Assembly (NCBI GenBank): GCA_951406725.2
Contig: OX597823.1
Coordinates: 57,350,001 to 57,414,000 of the forward strand
Direction of reading: 5' to 3'
DNA: 64,000 nucleotides
Source: Octopus vulgaris
Lineage: Eukaryota
A program made the position numbers and the translations under genes. Below, in pieces: positions 13,034-24,831 of this stretch. How positions within the stretch are numbered: the stretch's first letter is position 1; every line of letters starts with the position of its first letter. The notes beneath the pieces were generated by a model that saw only the letters and a program-made list of their open reading frames with translations, was not told the DNA's origin and did not search any database.

Positions 13034-16000
13034 GCCGACTACGGCTGCTATAATGGTACGATTATAATTGTAACGGCAATGATGGCCGTCTCCCCACGAG
13101 CCAATCAAAGCTAAAAAATGATAACATTATCGTAGCACCAAAATGTTTTTGGAAACTAAAAGGAAAACTAAATCAGTATACCAAATCGCTTGTCCTATGG
13201 TTAATCTGGAAGCGCGTCCCCCAGGGAAGAGCCAGCCTGGGATCGAAAAGTCATCAACTGGCACAAACTCTTCTCCGAATACGGACATGGATGGTCACTT
13301 GAACGGGAAATCCCCCAACTCGAGCCCTCCAAGTTCACCACCACAACCACCACAGAAAGAAAAATGTAAGTGGAACAAATGGACCCGAGAAGAGTATAAA
13401 GAAGTAATATACGCTTATTACTATGCATTAGGTAGGCCATCTCAAGAGAGACACACCGCAAACTCTTACAGTATATGGAGAACACGGAATCAAGACAGTA
13501 GGCCCTATTTGGACGACAACAAATTAGCAAATGTGAGGAGGGATATCTTTAGAAATAACAGACTCACAGACAGTGAAATAAGCGCGATCAAGCACGCAAC
13601 GGAAAATGACATAAATATAAGACACAAAGGAAATGAAGAATCAGATGAACAGTATAGCCCGCCACGAGGCTTAATTGAAAGACTGCCATCTGACCAAAGT
13701 ACGCAAAGGCCTGAAGATACAAGAAATTCTATTGTACCTGTTAAAGATAGCCAGGAAAACGAAAAAACAACAGTAACTGAAGATCTCGCATTTGCTGAAG
13801 AACACAGAGAGTCTATAGCAGAAATGAGGCAGAAAATCCTGAATACGCTTGAAGTTGTAAGACATACAAGTATGAATGATAGAGAACCGCTTCATAAACT
13901 CTCAAATACAAACCAAAATAAAAAACAAATCCAAATTGGCAACTATGTAACAAATGAAATAATACGAGAATTAAAACCTGATTTTACTGAGTTAAATGAA
14001 ATTATTTACGCTTCTGCTAGGGCAATTGAAACCAGCTGTATGCCCCCGAAAACACAAAGAAAACAAAACCTGGGAAGAAATCAAACCTGGAGAAGTAAAA
14101 TTGAAAAAGAGATTGAATTTATGAGAGGGGAAATATCAATATTAAATGACCTAATATGTGGAAATGATGTAAGATCCAGAACAGGAAGAAAGATGAAGAG
14201 AAAATTTGGATCCTCACCAAGAGAAGAACTGATATCAATAAAAGAAACGCTGAAACAAAAAGTCCAAGCAAAAGCCCAAAGAATACGAAGATTTGAGAAG
14301 AGAAACAAGTTTTACAAGCAAAATAAGCTGTTCACATCCAATGCCAAAAAATTCTACAGAGAAATAGGGAAGGAGAAAGTAACCGTTAAAGACCCCCCTC
14401 CCATGGAAGAAGTTCAAAACTTTTGGAAAAGGATTTGGAGTGACAAGAAGACGTACAACATAAATGCAGACTGGATTATACAAACTGAAGGATCCTACCA
14501 AAATTTACAACAAGCATGGGAAGACATCACAATAGCAGACCTAAGAAAGGCACTCACGAAGGCCCATAATTGGAAATCCCTCGGTAAAGATAGGGTGCCG
14601 AATTTCTGGCTCGCATCGCTCCCGTGCGCACACGGTAAGCTAGTTCAGCTGCTCAATGGAATTATGAGAGACCCAAAGAAAACACCTGAATGGTTAGCAA
14701 GTGGCATTACTTACCTACTCCCAAAGAATAACGAAACCAACTTTCCAAAAAACTATCGGCCTATAACCTGTCTATCCACCACGTATAAAATCCTAACATC
14801 TATCCTGGCGGAGAAAACATATGCATTCATGGAGAAGAACGATATTTTCCCCATTGAACAAAAAGGGTGCCGCCGAGGCTCTTACGGATGCAAAGATCAA
14901 CTGCTAATCAATCGTATGATCCTTGAGAACTGTCACAACAAGCGCAGAAATCTCAGCACCGCATGGATTGACTATAAAAAGGCCTTCGACAGTATACCGC
15001 ATCCATGGATCTTGAGATCGCTGGACATCTTCAAAATTTCCCCTGTGATTTCAAACTTCCTGAAGCACAATATGTCGTTGTGGAATACGAATCTCCAATT
15101 ATACCACTCTAATGGAGTACTTACCTCAGAAAATATAAACATCAACTGTGGAATTTTTCAAGGTGACTCACTTTCACCTTTAATATTCTGCATAGCCCTA
15201 ATACCCCTTACAAGTGAATTAAACAGAACAGGGTATGGGTATAAAATTGCCAATAAAAATATAAGCCATCTATTTTATATGGATGACTTAAAACTTTATG
15301 GTAAAGACAATAATGAACTTGAAGGCCTATTGCGCACCGTGAAATCATTTAGCGATGACATCGGGATGGAGTTTGGACTTGAGAAGTGTGCCAAGGCCAC
15401 TTTCCAGAAAGGGAAAGTGAAGACCACAAATTCAGTCGTGTTAGATGTTGACACAGTCATAAGAGAGCTTGAGCAAGAACAAACATACAAATATTTAGGG
15501 ATAAATGAAGGCTCTGGTATTCAGCATGCAAGCATGAAAGAGAAAATCAGGAAGGAATGTTATAGGAGAGTTCGTGCAGTCCTGAAATCTGAACTAAATG
15601 CACGTAACAAGGTGTTAGCTATAAATTCCCTAGCAGTTCCAGTTGTTACTTATAGCTACAATGTGTTGAACTGGAATATGAGTGAAGTAAAGAATATAGA
15701 TAGAAAAATACGCAAGCTGCTGAGTTGTAATAGGATGCACCACCCAAAGGCAGACGTAGATCGCCTTTACCTTCCCAGAGCCCAAGGAGGTCGAGGCCTG
15801 ATCCAATTTGAACTAGCTTACAAAACAACCACAATTAGACTGGCCAAATATCTCGAAATATCGAATGACTGGATGCTAAAGCTCGTGGAAAATCACGAGA
15901 GACGAAAGAAGCTTCATTCTATCATCAAGGAAAGCAAAAAAATTGCCATTGATCTCGTGCAGGATACCCAAACTGAACAACCCGAGGGAAGTACGGCAAC

Positions 16001-17006
16001 TATTGTTGCAAAGAAGGTGAAAATGATGGCAATGAAAAAAGCGCACGAGCAATTGGCTGATAGGTGGGAGGAGAAACCTCTGCATGGCAAATATGTGACC
16101 CGCAGCAAACAAGCTGATGTTGACCAGAAGCAAACCCATCAGTGGCTGCGGAGCTCAGGGCTAAAAGCAGAGAGCGAAGGTTTCATCCTGGCTGCTCAAG
16201 ACCAAAGCCTATCAACCCGGAACTACCAGGCCAATGTGATGAAAAATGGAGCAGACCCAAAATGCCGATTCTGCAACGACATGATTGAAACAGTGGACCA
16301 CCTAATCTCTGGATGTAAAGTCTTAGCACCAGTGGAGTATAAATTAAGACCTGACAGAGTTGGCCAATATCTCCACTGGCTAATAAGTCGGCATTACAAT
16401 ATCAAAACTGCCGACAAGTGGTATAATCACCACCCTGAGGCTGTAACTGAAGGAGAAAATGTAACGATTCTGTGGGACTTTCCAGTACATACAGACCGAA
16501 CCATCAAGGCCAATAAACCAGATATTGTTGTGAAAGACCAAAACAATAAAGTTTGCTTATTGATCGACATGAGCATCCCCTGTGATCATAATATCTCAGC
16601 GAAAGAGTTTGACAAGCTCAGAAAATATAAAGACCTACTCATTGAAATTGAGAAAATGTGGCATCTCAAGGCGGTTACAATACCAGTGATCGTAGGAGCA
16701 CTAGGAATGATCAAGAAGGGAACCGAAAATTATATGAGAATGATCCCTGGCTTACCATCCCTGCAAGAAGTGCAAAAGATTGTCTTAACTGGTACATCAC
16801 ACGTATTGAGAAGAGCATTGTCGATGTGAGAACTGTTGCTGCTCATGCATTTTAATTTAACTTTAAAAAAAAAAAAAAAAAAAATGAACGAACTACTGAG
16901 TTTGGTTTAATGGCCTACCAATATACACTATGAGTTTCTTTGCCCTAGGAGTCGGGAAGACACTCGGCAAGAAATGGAAGAAAATTTGAAAGAAGAAAAC
17001 AAAAAG
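13034..17006 (+). mobile_element. Apparently full-length R4/Dong-clade non-LTR retrotransposon (~4.0 kb)
   Basis: Single long ORF, short 5' and ~180-bp 3' UTRs, (TAA)n on both sides (to 13033 and from 17007); TAA targeting is the known behaviour of Dong elements. Confidence 0.9.
13143..16829 (+). CDS. Reverse transcriptase / restriction-like endonuclease polyprotein, 1228 aa
   Basis: NYRPITCL, EQKGC, WIDYKKAFDS, GIFQGDSLSP, FYMDD, YKYLG; CCHC knuckle CRFC-x8-H-x4-C; KPDIV...LLIDMSIP...KLRKY endonuclease; N-terminal WTREE Myb-like segment. True start may be the ATG at 13197. Confidence 0.95.
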   Translation: MFLETKRKTKSVYQIACPMVNLEARPPGKSQPGIEKSSTGTNSSPNTDMDGHLNGKSPNSSPPSSPPQPPQKEKCKWNKWTREEYKEVIYAYYYALGRPSQERHTANSYSIWRTRNQDSRPYLDDNKLANVRRDIFRNNRLTDSEISAIKHATENDINIRHKGNEESDEQYSPPRGLIERLPSDQSTQRPEDTRNSIVPVKDSQENEKTTVTEDLAFAEEHRESIAEMRQKILNTLEVVRHTSMNDREPLHKLSNTNQNKKQIQIGNYVTNEIIRELKPDFTELNEIIYASARAIETSCMPPKTQRKQNLGRNQTWRSKIEKEIEFMRGEISILNDLICGNDVRSRTGRKMKRKFGSSPREELISIKETLKQKVQAKAQRIRRFEKRNKFYKQNKLFTSNAKKFYREIGKEKVTVKDPPPMEEVQNFWKRIWSDKKTYNINADWIIQTEGSYQNLQQAWEDITIADLRKALTKAHNWKSLGKDRVPNFWLASLPCAHGKLVQLLNGIMRDPKKTPEWLASGITYLLPKNNETNFPKNYRPITCLSTTYKILTSILAEKTYAFMEKNDIFPIEQKGCRRGSYGCKDQLLINRMILENCHNKRRNLSTAWIDYKKAFDSIPHPWILRSLDIFKISPVISNFLKHNMSLWNTNLQLYHSNGVLTSENININCGIFQGDSLSPLIFCIALIPLTSELNRTGYGYKIANKNISHLFYMDDLKLYGKDNNELEGLLRTVKSFSDDIGMEFGLEKCAKATFQKGKVKTTNSVVLDVDTVIRELEQEQTYKYLGINEGSGIQHASMKEKIRKECYRRVRAVLKSELNARNKVLAINSLAVPVVTYSYNVLNWNMSEVKNIDRKIRKLLSCNRMHHPKADVDRLYLPRAQGGRGLIQFELAYKTTTIRLAKYLEISNDWMLKLVENHERRKKLHSIIKESKKIAIDLVQDTQTEQPEGSTATIVAKKVKMMAMKKAHEQLADRWEEKPLHGKYVTRSKQADVDQKQTHQWLRSSGLKAESEGFILAAQDQSLSTRNYQANVMKNGADPKCRFCNDMIETVDHLISGCKVLAPVEYKLRPDRVGQYLHWLISRHYNIKTADKWYNHHPEAVTEGENVTILWDFPVHTDRTIKANKPDIVVKDQNNKVCLLIDMSIPCDHNISAKEFDKLRKYKDLLIEIEKMWHLKAVTIPVIVGALGMIKKGTENYMRMIPGLPSLQEVQKIVLTGTSHVLRRALSM

Positions 17007-17096
17007 TAATAATAATAATACTAATAAGCAGCAGCATCAGCAGCAGCAGCAGCAGCAGAAGAAGAAGAAGAAGAAGAAGAAGAAGAAGAAGAAGAA

Positions 17097-17155
<59 letters not shown>

Positions 17156-17438
17156 AGAAGAAGAAGAAGAAGAAGAAGAAGAAGAAGAAGAAGAAGAAGA
17201 AGAAGAGAAGAAGAAGAAGAAGAAGAAGAAGAAGAAAGAAGAGGAAGAAGAAGAAAAGAAGAAGAAGAAAAGAAGAAGAGAGGAAGAAGAAGACGAAGAA
17301 GAAGGAGAGAAGAAGAAGAAGAAGAAGAAGAGAAGAAGAAGAAGAAGAAGAGGAAGAAGAAGACGAAGAAGAAGGAGAGGAAGAAGAAGAAGAAGAAGAA
17401 GAGAAGAAGAAGAAGAAGAAGAAGAAGAAGAAGAAGAC

Positions 17439-17473
<35 letters not shown>

Positions 17474-17550
17474 AGAAGAAGAAAAAGAAGAAGAAGAAGA
17501 AGAAGAAGAAGAAGAAGAAGAAGAAGAAGAAGAAGAAGAAGAAGAAGAAG
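17007..17550. repeat. (TAA)n-(CAG)n-(GAA)n compound tract with ~490 bp of near-pure purine GAA repeat
   Basis: Direct reading. Confidence 0.95.
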
Positions 17551-17568
17551 AATATATGAATATATATA

Positions 17569-18812
17569 TTAAGTTGTCCGGAAAGTTCTGAACTGTTTTA
17601 AACTAAATCTTTTAACGCTTCATTGAACACACCTGAGACATAAAACAGTTAAAACTTTGGCGTTGCTTGAAGTAATAGTGCATATCTTCTTTGTTCCTGC
17701 CTAAAAATAGATGTAGCTTTCATTCTGGTTACTGATTGTTGACATTTGAAATGGATAACCCAAAATTTCATGTTCGTGTTGTAATGCTTTTCTTGTTTTT
17801 TTAAAAATGGAGAAAATGCTGCAAAGACTTGCAAAAACCTTTTTGATTTATGGTGATGATGCTGTAAGGGAATCAACTGTTCGAAGTTGGTTTGCGAAAT
17901 TTAAAGTTGGAGAGTTTAGCTTGGAAGATGACACTTGCAGTGGAAGACCTTGAAAATTGGATGATGTTTTGACGGCAAAAATCGAAGAAAACTCAAGTAT
18001 CACTACTAGAGAACTAACAGAAGAGTTAGAAGTTTCGAAAAGTACGGCTCACATACACATAGTGAAGCTCGGATACATTTCTCAGAAACTCTCAGAAAAG
18101 AATTGCTCAGGACGGCATCCGTTTGTGGTATGCTTTTGAAACGGAATAAAAGCATGCCTTTTTTTTAAAACAACTTGTGACTGGAGATGAAAAATGGATC
18201 GTAAACAAAAACATAGAGCAAAAAAGATTCTGAAGTTTGCGTAAGGATCTCCCCAAACAGCAACCTAAGACGAATATCCATGCAAAAAATCTATGCTTTG
18301 TGTTTGGTGGGATCATAAAGGCATTATTTATCATGAGCTTCTCCCACAAAACCAGACCTTTAATTCTGATGTGTACTGTCGTTAGCTGGCTAATTTGAAC
18401 TAAAAAATAAAAGAATTGAGGCCGGAGATTGCCAATAGGAAAGGGGTAATGTTTCAATAAGACATTGTCCGATCACATGTTTTTGGCTACCCGAACAAAG
18501 ATGCATGAACTTTGCTGCTGTCTATTACCCCACCACCATATTCTCCTGATATTGCGTCATCAGACTACCACTTGTTTTTCATTCTACAGAACTCATTGCA
18601 ACGATTTAGATGGAGTCAAATGCATCTAGATAACTTTTTTCTTCGAAACCAGTCAAATTTTATGCTGATGAAATATTTAAATTGCCTGTTAGGAGGGCAA
18701 AGGTCAACAATAACGATGGAAATTATTTCATTGAATGAAATTTATGGAAAGGTCAATTATTTATATCACTTTTTGCATATTAAAAAACGCTCAGAACTTT
18801 CTGTCAACGTAA
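17569..18812 (+). mobile_element. Full-length but defective mariner transposon (~1.24 kb)
   Basis: Imperfect ~30-bp TIRs (ttaagttgtccggaaagttctga / tcagaactttctgtcaacgtaa), TA on both sides, transposase relics WFAKFK, LVTGDEKWI, CVWWDH, PPYSPDIASSDYHLF with stops and frameshifts. Confidence 0.92.
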
Positions 18813-18991
18813 TATGTATATAATGTATAAAATTTTAATTCTTAATATTACAAAGTATAACTTTTATTTTCAATTTTTAATTCTTAATTTTGAATCTTTA
18901 ATGCTTAATTATATTGCTTATTTTAAAGGGATGTAAAATTAGATATATAATATTTTGGATATATATATATATACATGCATACACATACATA

Positions 18992-19046
<55 letters not shown>

Positions 19047-19159
19047 GTACGTATATGTGTATATGCTGTTCATCGATGAATTAGGTGGCTGAAACTTGGA
19101 AGTTACTGTCGACAAAAGTCTTGTTTAAGAATAAATTTGTACTCTAGAAAAGTATAGAG

Positions 19160-21056
19160 CAATACATCATATTAATGTGAAATTGTTTTTATTATAAATG
19201 AACATAAAAGCAATCCTTAATACACACATACACACACACACGCTCACACACACACACACACACATACACACACACACACACAGAGAAAGATACACAAATA
19301 TATATAGTAATCAAACAAGTGCCAAGATCCAAATAATTTCAAAGGTCACAATATGTACGTTGTAGATTAATAGCATATCACAGAAGTACTTTTTAAAGAA
19401 AGGCAAACAGAGGTGGTCCCAAGAACTCAAGACATATGGGGACGTTAGCTCTACACTATTCATGCCTTCTATAACAATATTCTTAGTTCAGGTTCAGCAA
19501 TTTCTTACTGAACCCTCATTCATCGAAGAGACGCGAGAAAACATATGGTTAGGGAAACAATCTATAGATCCAATAGGATCTTTGGTCTTGAAGAGATAAT
19601 GGCTTATTTAGAAACATTACTCCTGTGGACAGAACTCGCACAGAACAGAATTCGTGCAAGGAACCCAGATAAAATAACACAGGGAAAAAGTCAGAGGAAA
19701 AATGTCCGGGGGTGTTTTGTCCGAGTGTGTTTTGTCAGAGGGGATTTTTCCTAGGGGGCGGGGTTTGTTCGGATCCCATAAATTAATTGTGACTTTCTTC
19801 CTGTGCCTTTTTTCCTAGCCAAAATTGTGACTTTATTACCAGTCATCTGCGTAAGTTGTCCTGTGGACGGAACTCGCGGAAGATATCCAGACCCTGTTTA
19901 AGCTTCCAGTACTAATGAACAGATAAAGGTCGTTAGTACTGGACCATATGTTTTCTCGCGTCTCTTCGATGAATGAGGGTTCAGTAAGAAATTGCTGAAC
20001 AACTTGAACTAAGAATATTGTTATAGAAGGCATGAATAGTGTAGAGCTAACGTCCCAATATGTCTTGAGTTCTTGGGGCCGCCTCTGTTTGCCTTTCTTT
20101 AAAAAGTACTTCTGTGCAATACATCATATTAATGTGAAATTGTTTTTATTATAAATGAACATAAACGCAATCCTTAATACACACATACACACACGCACGC
20201 TCACACACACACACACACAGAGAGAGAAAGATACACAAATATATATAGTAATCAAACAAGTGCCAAGATCCAAATAATTTCAAAGGTCACAATATGTACG
20301 TTGTAGATTAATAGCATATCACAGAAGTACTTTTAAAGAAAGGCAAACAGAGGTGGTCCCAAGAACTCAAGACATATGGGGACGTTAGCTCTACACTATT
20401 CATGCCTTCTATAACAATATTCTTAGTTCAGGTTCAGCAATTTCTTACTGAACCCTCATTCATCGAAGAGACGCGAGAAAACATATGGTTAGGGAAACAA
20501 TCTATAGATCCAATAGGATCTTTGGTCTTGAAGAGATAATGGCTTATTTAGAAACATTACTCCTGTGGACAGAACTCGCACAAAACAGAATTCGTGCAAG
20601 GAACCCAGATAAAATAACACAGGGAAAAAGTCAGAGGAAAAATGTCCGAGGGTGTTTTGTCCGAGGGTGTTTTGTCAGAGGGGATTTTTCCTAGGGGGTC
20701 GGGGTTTGTCCGGATCCCATAAATTAATTGTGACTTTCTTCCTGTGCCTTTTTCCTAGCCAAAATTGTGACTTTATTATCAGTCATCTGCGTGAGTTGTC
20801 CTGTGGACGGAACTCGCGGAAGATATCCAGACCCTGTTTAAGCTTCCAGTACTAATGAACAGATAAAGGTCGTTAGTACTGGACCATATGTTTTCTCGCG
20901 TCTCTTCGATGAATGAGGGTTCAGTAAGAAATTGCTGAACAACCTGAACTAAGAATATTGTTATAGAAGGTATGAATAGTGTAGAGCTAACGTCCCCATA
21001 TGTCTTGAGTTCTTGGGGCCGCCTCTGTTTGCCTTTCTTTAAAAAGTACTTCTGTG
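19160..21056. repeat. Near-identical tandem duplication (19160-20116 and 20117-21056), each unit with a long internal inverted repeat
   Basis: Units align end to end with only about a dozen visible substitutions or small indels plus a (CA)n length change; IR arms 19365-19549/19943-20116 and 20306-20489/20883-21070. Confidence 0.95.
20599..20718. mobile_element. ~120-bp MITE-like insert (also at ~19659-19777)
   Basis: Degenerate TIRs ggaacccagataaaa / tttgtccggatccc and subterminal gggtgttttgtcc repeats. Confidence 0.5.
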
Positions 21057-21199
21057 ATATGCTATTAATCCATAATTGGGATCGTCTGGGTCAGAGTAGT
21101 CCAGGGAGCAAAAGTGGCTAAGAGGTGATTCCAGACTCCTTCAAGACCCCGGAACTCCCGAAGGAGGGACCTTCTACTGCGAGCAGCTTAAAATCATAC

Positions 21200-21750
21200 T
21201 TATCACATACATACATACATACATACATACATACATACATACATACATACATACATACATGCATGCATACATTGGAACATATATACAAACATATGTGCAT
21301 GCATGCATACACAATAGACATATACACTCGCACATATATCATGAGAGTTCGATGATATTGATGTAGCTTATTTACTACCATATGAATGGATCAAAACTTA
21401 AACAAAAAATAAAAAAATAACCCCAAAAGGAAATAAATAATATACTCAAGAAACTGCTATAAACCATGCATAATGGAGTATCAAATTGCACCGAATGTAC
21501 TAAATACATGGAGCGATAAATGATGTAATATCACACAGGGCTCTCTTTTTGGATCTTTAGATGTTATTTTGCTTTGTGTGTTTGTTGTATGTTTTATTTT
21601 ATTTTATTTTTGTTTTTCTAAAATTTCCCTTTTTTCCCTCATTTCCACCACTGCTTATATATAAGTTTGATTGTGAACGTGTGTATGTGCGTGGGTGCAC
21701 GTTAGTGTATGTGTGTTTGTGTGTATATATATTTGTGTGCATGTGCGTGT

Positions 21751-21797
<47 letters not shown>

Positions 21798-22053
21798 TGT
21801 GTAAACGTTTGGGAGGAAGGGGTTCAATGATACATGGTACAGAACGTTCTCCGCGCAAAAATCGATCGCTAGTCAATATGGGCAGATCTTGAAAAGGAAG
21901 CACACAGACCGATACACATATATACACATACACACATACACACGCTCATATCCCATACACGCCCGTGTGCACGTACAGACAAAACACACAGACACGCAAA
22001 ATCACGCACGTGTGCGCCCGCGAACACACACACACACACACACAAACATATAC

Positions 22054-22085
<32 letters not shown>

Positions 22086-22223
22086 ACATATCCACACAGG
22101 GAAAAATTCTTTGAAACGATGCAATGATTGTAATCTTTACAAATAACCGCTACACAATTGCACTGAGATACCGCCATATTCAGTTGACCTCTGAGATATA
22201 ATGATAATAATAATGGTGATGGC

Positions 22224-22261
<38 letters not shown>

Positions 22262-22500
22262 TAATAATAATAACAATAACAATAATAACAATAACAATAA
22301 TAATGATAATGACTACGGGGTGGGAGGAGAGGGTAAAAATATCAAATGAAAAATCAAATGAAATGAAATAAAACGCTGCACCGAATGTTCGAAAATTTTT
22401 CCTTATTCTGTTTCAAGATTTCTTTCTTCATTTGGCCGTTTCATAACATCAAATATATATATATACATATACATACATACATACATATATGCATATATAT

Positions 22501-22561
<61 letters not shown>

Positions 22562-22612
22562 ATATATACGTATATATATATGCATATATATATATATATA
22601 TATATGTGTGTG

Positions 22613-22648
<36 letters not shown>

Positions 22649-22965
22649 TGATTGTACGTGTATGTGTGTGAGTGTGTGTGCGTGAGTGTGTGCTCCCGCG
22701 TGCGAGTTGTGTAGTTGCTGGACACAAAAGAGATTGGCTTGAGAGTATATTGACCACTTGAATAATGCTATAAAGCAGACCACTACACGGATACAACACA
22801 TACATAGACGCACGCACTCACTCACTCACCCACACGCCCACAAACATGCATACACACATACGTACACACACATATGCATACACACATATATATACATACA
22901 TATACATATATTTGTTTTAGTTTTATTTCATGCGGATTCGATCATACTGGAGCATCACTGATATA

Positions 22966-22999
<34 letters not shown>

Positions 23000-23126
23000 C
23001 ATATATATATATATGTTATGTATATGTATATGTATATGCATATATATATATACATACACACAAACACAAACACATGCATATGCAAACGGAATTCAAATCA
23101 AATACAACAAATACATAAACACACTT

Positions 23127-23183
<57 letters not shown>

Positions 23184-23617
23184 ATATATATATATGCACA
23201 CATATATACACGCATATATATATATGTTTTTGTGTGTAGGTGATTTTTTTAATGATGTTACTCTTACTCTATGTTCAAATGCAAGAATTTCTTGTTCGGC
23301 TTGGATGATTCTGAACGATGAAATTTTTTTTTCTGTAATCCTTTATTTTTTATTATTTTATTTTTGTTGTCGTTACCACGCACTTTTTTTTGCGGTTCCG
23401 GTTATTTATGTGTTTTCTTTCGACTTTTTATTATTGTACTTTTGTATTTTTTTATCGGGTTACACAGTTGCATATAGGAATTATATATGCATATTGCATA
23501 TGTATATATATGCATCATACACACCTATGTATATACATATATATATATATGTATATATACATATGTATGCATGTATCTATACATATATATGCATGTATAT
23601 ATACATATATACATATC

Positions 23618-23652
<35 letters not shown>

Positions 23653-23654
23653 TA

Positions 23655-23718
<64 letters not shown>

Positions 23719-24190
23719 TTATGTATGTATGTATGTATGTATGTATGTATTCTCATTTTTTCCCTCTTTTTCCAAATGCATTTCCCACTGGAAATTCTAT
23801 GATTTTCCTCCCAAACGCGCGCCATTTGTCTACGACTATTTGTTCTTAAGTGTAGGCAGGTAATTGATGAATGGCTGGTTCCGAAAATGCCCTTCTATTT
23901 CATATTTGCATACAGACACAGACACACAAACACACAAACACAAACACACACGCAAACAAACACACACGCATTCATACATATACATCCATCCATCCATCCA
24001 TATATTTATATATATTTAAATATATATATATATATATACATGCATACACACACACACGGGCACACACACACATATATATTATGGTGATAGCATTTGGGTA
24101 TGTCACCAGCTATAATTTAAAACTGATTGACCGTATGGTACACAACAAAGACAATGTATATATACATACATACATACATACGTACATACA

Positions 24191-24256
<66 letters not shown>

Positions 24257-24830
24257 CATATATATATATATATATGTATATATATAAACAAAACAAAAAC
24301 GATATCATGAATCCAAGATAAATACATAAATAAACAAATAGCATATTGAAAAATTCTATACGCACAGGAGGTTTGCTAATAAGTGCACCAATGTTTTTAC
24401 ATCGATCACTACGGGGAAAAAAATGAATAAGTGAGAAGCAAAAAAAAACCAAAACAATAACAAATAATTGAGTTTAGGAAATCTCGGTGCTATAGGTCTT
24501 TGATATTTGCACCAAAAAACATGCCAATGCCGAGCATAACAAAAACGCACTCATGCATCCACCCGCTCCTGCACACGCACATGTAGAAAGTCACACTCAT
24601 GGAGACGCAAAGACGCGGACGCGCATACGCACAAGCATACACATATACACATGCATGAACATGGCCCTTGATATCTATGTATGTATTTACCTAGATATAT
24701 ATATTTTGTGGATACATAAATTTATATACATTCATATAAAAGAATATATATATATGTATTTATACATAAACAAATATATACATTTATACATACATATGTA
24801 TATATGTATTATATATATATGTATGTACAT
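21200..24830. repeat. Large field of (TA)n, (CA)n, (TACA)n and (TAA)n microsatellites
   Basis: Direct reading; accounts for the many YI/HT/CV ORFs. Confidence 0.9.
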
Positions 24831-24831
24831 A

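Noticed and set aside
13034-13140. HDV-like ribozyme in the retrotransposon 5' UTR (cgt-ctcccc-acg hairpin)
   Set aside because: Could not build convincing P1, P1.1 and P2 pairings by eye; needs a descriptor or covariance search
16865-16883. Poly(A) as the 3' end of the retrotransposon
   Set aside because: Structured UTR-like sequence continues to ~17006 and ends at (TAA)n, so the A run appears internal
19072-19110. Another hammerhead-like string (tcgatga...gaaacttggaagtt)
   Set aside because: Core mutated and stems I and II too weak to call
19365-20116. Simple MITE with 185-bp TIRs
   Set aside because: No TSD seen, and coding-like sequence continues past the right arm in copy 2, so the arms do not look like element termini
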